Positions 61,871 through 64,000 of a DNA stretch of 64,000 nucleotides are shown here, in pieces. Source of the stretch: Fistulifera solaris (taxonomy: Eukaryota); assembly GCA_030295235.1 (NCBI GenBank), contig AP026128.1, positions 620,001 to 684,000 on the forward strand. The letters are read 5' to 3'. Each line of letters begins with the position of its first letter. Within the stretch, counting starts at the first letter, position 1. A program made the translations under genes and the position numbers. The notes under the pieces were generated by a model, which saw only the letters and a list, made by a program, of their open reading frames with translations, was not told where the DNA came from and ran no database searches.

Positions 61871-64000
61871 ATGGGGCGACCATCTCTCACTGCAACGAGC
61901 GCAAGGCGCCCAACGACTCGTAGTGAAAACGAGGAGGAAGAGACTTTTCCGCGTCGATTCCCTCGAACAGGGAACCTCTTTCAAGTCAAGGCTTTGCCTG
62001 ACATCAATCCGTCTTACCGTTCTGAGAGGGAAAGGCCTCTTTTGATGTCTTCGGATGTCCCATACTGTACGGTGGACGAACAATACTCCGGTAAGTTTGA
62101 TCGCTATCAATTGCCAGAATTCCACGCAGATGTCGCGTATTCCTTAGCGAGAGACACCATCTACGTGATCCTTTTGTTTCGATCTATCCTTGCGTGGTCT
62201 GTTAGGCCACAGTTGACGAATCATGGCATATGGCGGACCCTTTCTTCGATCGAAGGGCTCGTCGTTGACCGCTTTGTTTTGCGGCGTCGTTCGTGAAAAA
62301 AGATGTCCTTTACGGCCGCTGGAGCAGGCTCTGGCCTCACTTTGGTTCGCCGCACCATGAATAGCTTCGACTGACATTGTTTCGTCTACTTTCTCTTCGT
62401 AAGGGTCCTCAGGAGAACAGAAGACCACGGATCGGACACTTGGTTCACCATGGTCGTCGTCCTTTTCCGCGTGCGGCCCATCAGAATTGAATGTCGTAGA
62501 TTCCAAATTCCCTGGACTGACTTTTCCATTCACGTTTACCGATAAGGAAATTTTGGATAGAGGGACAGACGTTGACGCAGCTATGACGACGACGCCTACC
62601 ACGACCATAGTTACTCGTCGCGAATCATCAAAGAAATGTACATCGGAGGAAACCGATCTAACCTTTGATTCGTGGGTCAAAGCAGTCTGCCAATGGCAAG
62701 CTGAACAGCAATTGTCTATGAAGCAGACGCAGCAGCAACCGCGACGCAAAGCTCATGCCACGAAGAAGCGCGCTCGGCCAGACGATGACGAACTGCCTCT
62801 CCCTAAGCGTGCTGCCATTATGGACAATGATGGACAGTCGTGTCAACGCGTTTGGTCGCAGTTTGTGGCACTAGGTGGGGGTCGAATGTGTTTTGCTCGA
62901 CGACACAAAGCGAAGCCGCGTTCTTGGCAAGACCTTTCGGAGCCCGTTGGAATTTTGGGCGATTATCGTTCCGACTCAACACCACCGCTTTTACATCATG
63001 AAAAAGTGCGCATTGATAATGCTGAGGATGTTTGGCAAGCTGTATTGGCATTGTGTGAAGCGCTTGTAACGCAATTGAAACAGCCGTCGGAACAAAGCCC
63101 AATTTATTTGTCACAGGTCATGCGTCTCTTGGATTACTGCAATCAATTACCTGATCCAGAGGATGTGTTTGTTGCCCAACCCCATGATACGACCATTAAA
63201 GATATTCATGAAAATCTTGATTTGCTGCTTGCGCATGTCGAAACCGCCCGCTCGCATCAAGCTCGTCTAATTGATTTTTGGTACCAAAAGGGAGCGGACG
63301 TCGACGAACTTCGTAAGCGCCTTGATATATTGATGAAAGAAAGCCCTCTTCAGCTGGACGAAGTCCACGAACTCAAATCCCAGACAGATGCCGTGGTGAA
63401 ATGGCAGGTGCGAGTAGAAAAAGGTTTTGACAGTATAGAAGATGCCGAAGCACTTGTTCGCGAAGGTGAGACTTTGGGCTTTGAATCAAAGGGGCTATCA
63501 CAGCTTAGATTGAGATTAAGCAAAATTTATGAAATCAGAGAGAGTGTCAGAGAGTGGCGGTTTTCTGGTAGAAAGGAATCCACAAAATTCTTGGCTAACT
63601 TGGTCCGAGAAATCCAGCGCGTTCGATGCCCTTTTGAAGAAGCTCAGGAGGTTTTGTCTCTACAACAGGAGTCGGACTCGTGGATTGACAGAGCCAGTAT
63701 TGCTATTCGAACAAAACTAAGCCTGCAAGAGATGGATGATCTTGTGAAACGTGGAGAAGCACTGCCGTTGGATTTGTCTGAGTTTATCGACAAATTGTCG
63801 ACACGTATTGCTCTAGGAAAAAGTTGGCTCGAGCGCTTCGTGGACGCAGTGCAGCAACCTGAAAGTGATCCATCCCAGTCTTCTTCTTTACATATGTATA
63901 AATGGATGCAAAATATACGACTTGCGTTGAATCCTTCAGCTGAGGATGGTGATACTGTCGTTCCTACCTTGCACGAATTGGCGTCTGAGGGTGGAAGACT
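61871..64000 (+). CDS. 5' part of a PLU-1-like (KDM5-type helical) domain protein; runs off window
   Basis: ELM2-like RTGNLFQVKALP; intron from about 62092; long open helical frame 63050-64000 (EDAEALVREGETLGF, LSLQEMDDLVKRGEALPLDL, GKSWLERF). Confidence 0.6.

Overview
Gene-dense eukaryotic nuclear DNA with short 60-130 nt GT-AG introns, bipartite plastid presequences and diatom-type protein families; most likely a pennate diatom (species not determinable here). It holds about 27 host genes. These include ALG5, an FMO, a DNAJC9-like protein, an amino-acid transporter, an RRP6-like nuclease, gltD, glutathione reductase, VWA8 and a plastid PDH E1alpha-E1beta fusion. Many are broken by single-base indels in homopolymers, probably assembly errors. 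Highlights: (1) A nested transposon. A 5.86-kb Mutator-like element (perfect 130-bp TIRs, 9-bp TSD) encoding MULE transposase, SWIM, zinc-knuckle and Ulp1 protease domains sits inside a deleted DD39D Tc1/mariner element (30-bp TIRs, TA TSD). (2) A selenoprotein H gene missed by the ORF track, with CKQU from an in-frame UGA and a SECIS-like 3'UTR hairpin lacking the usual apical AA. (3) Intergenic TA-bounded motifs (TACCWGGTA, TACGGAGTA, TACAGTA), often chained, that fit mariner excision footprints; TACCWGGTA matches the ends of the element present. (4) Several intergenic repeat families, mostly in promoter regions: a 34-bp minisatellite at two loci and five arrays with 200-230 bp period, one family having a conserved hairpin core with alternating spacers.
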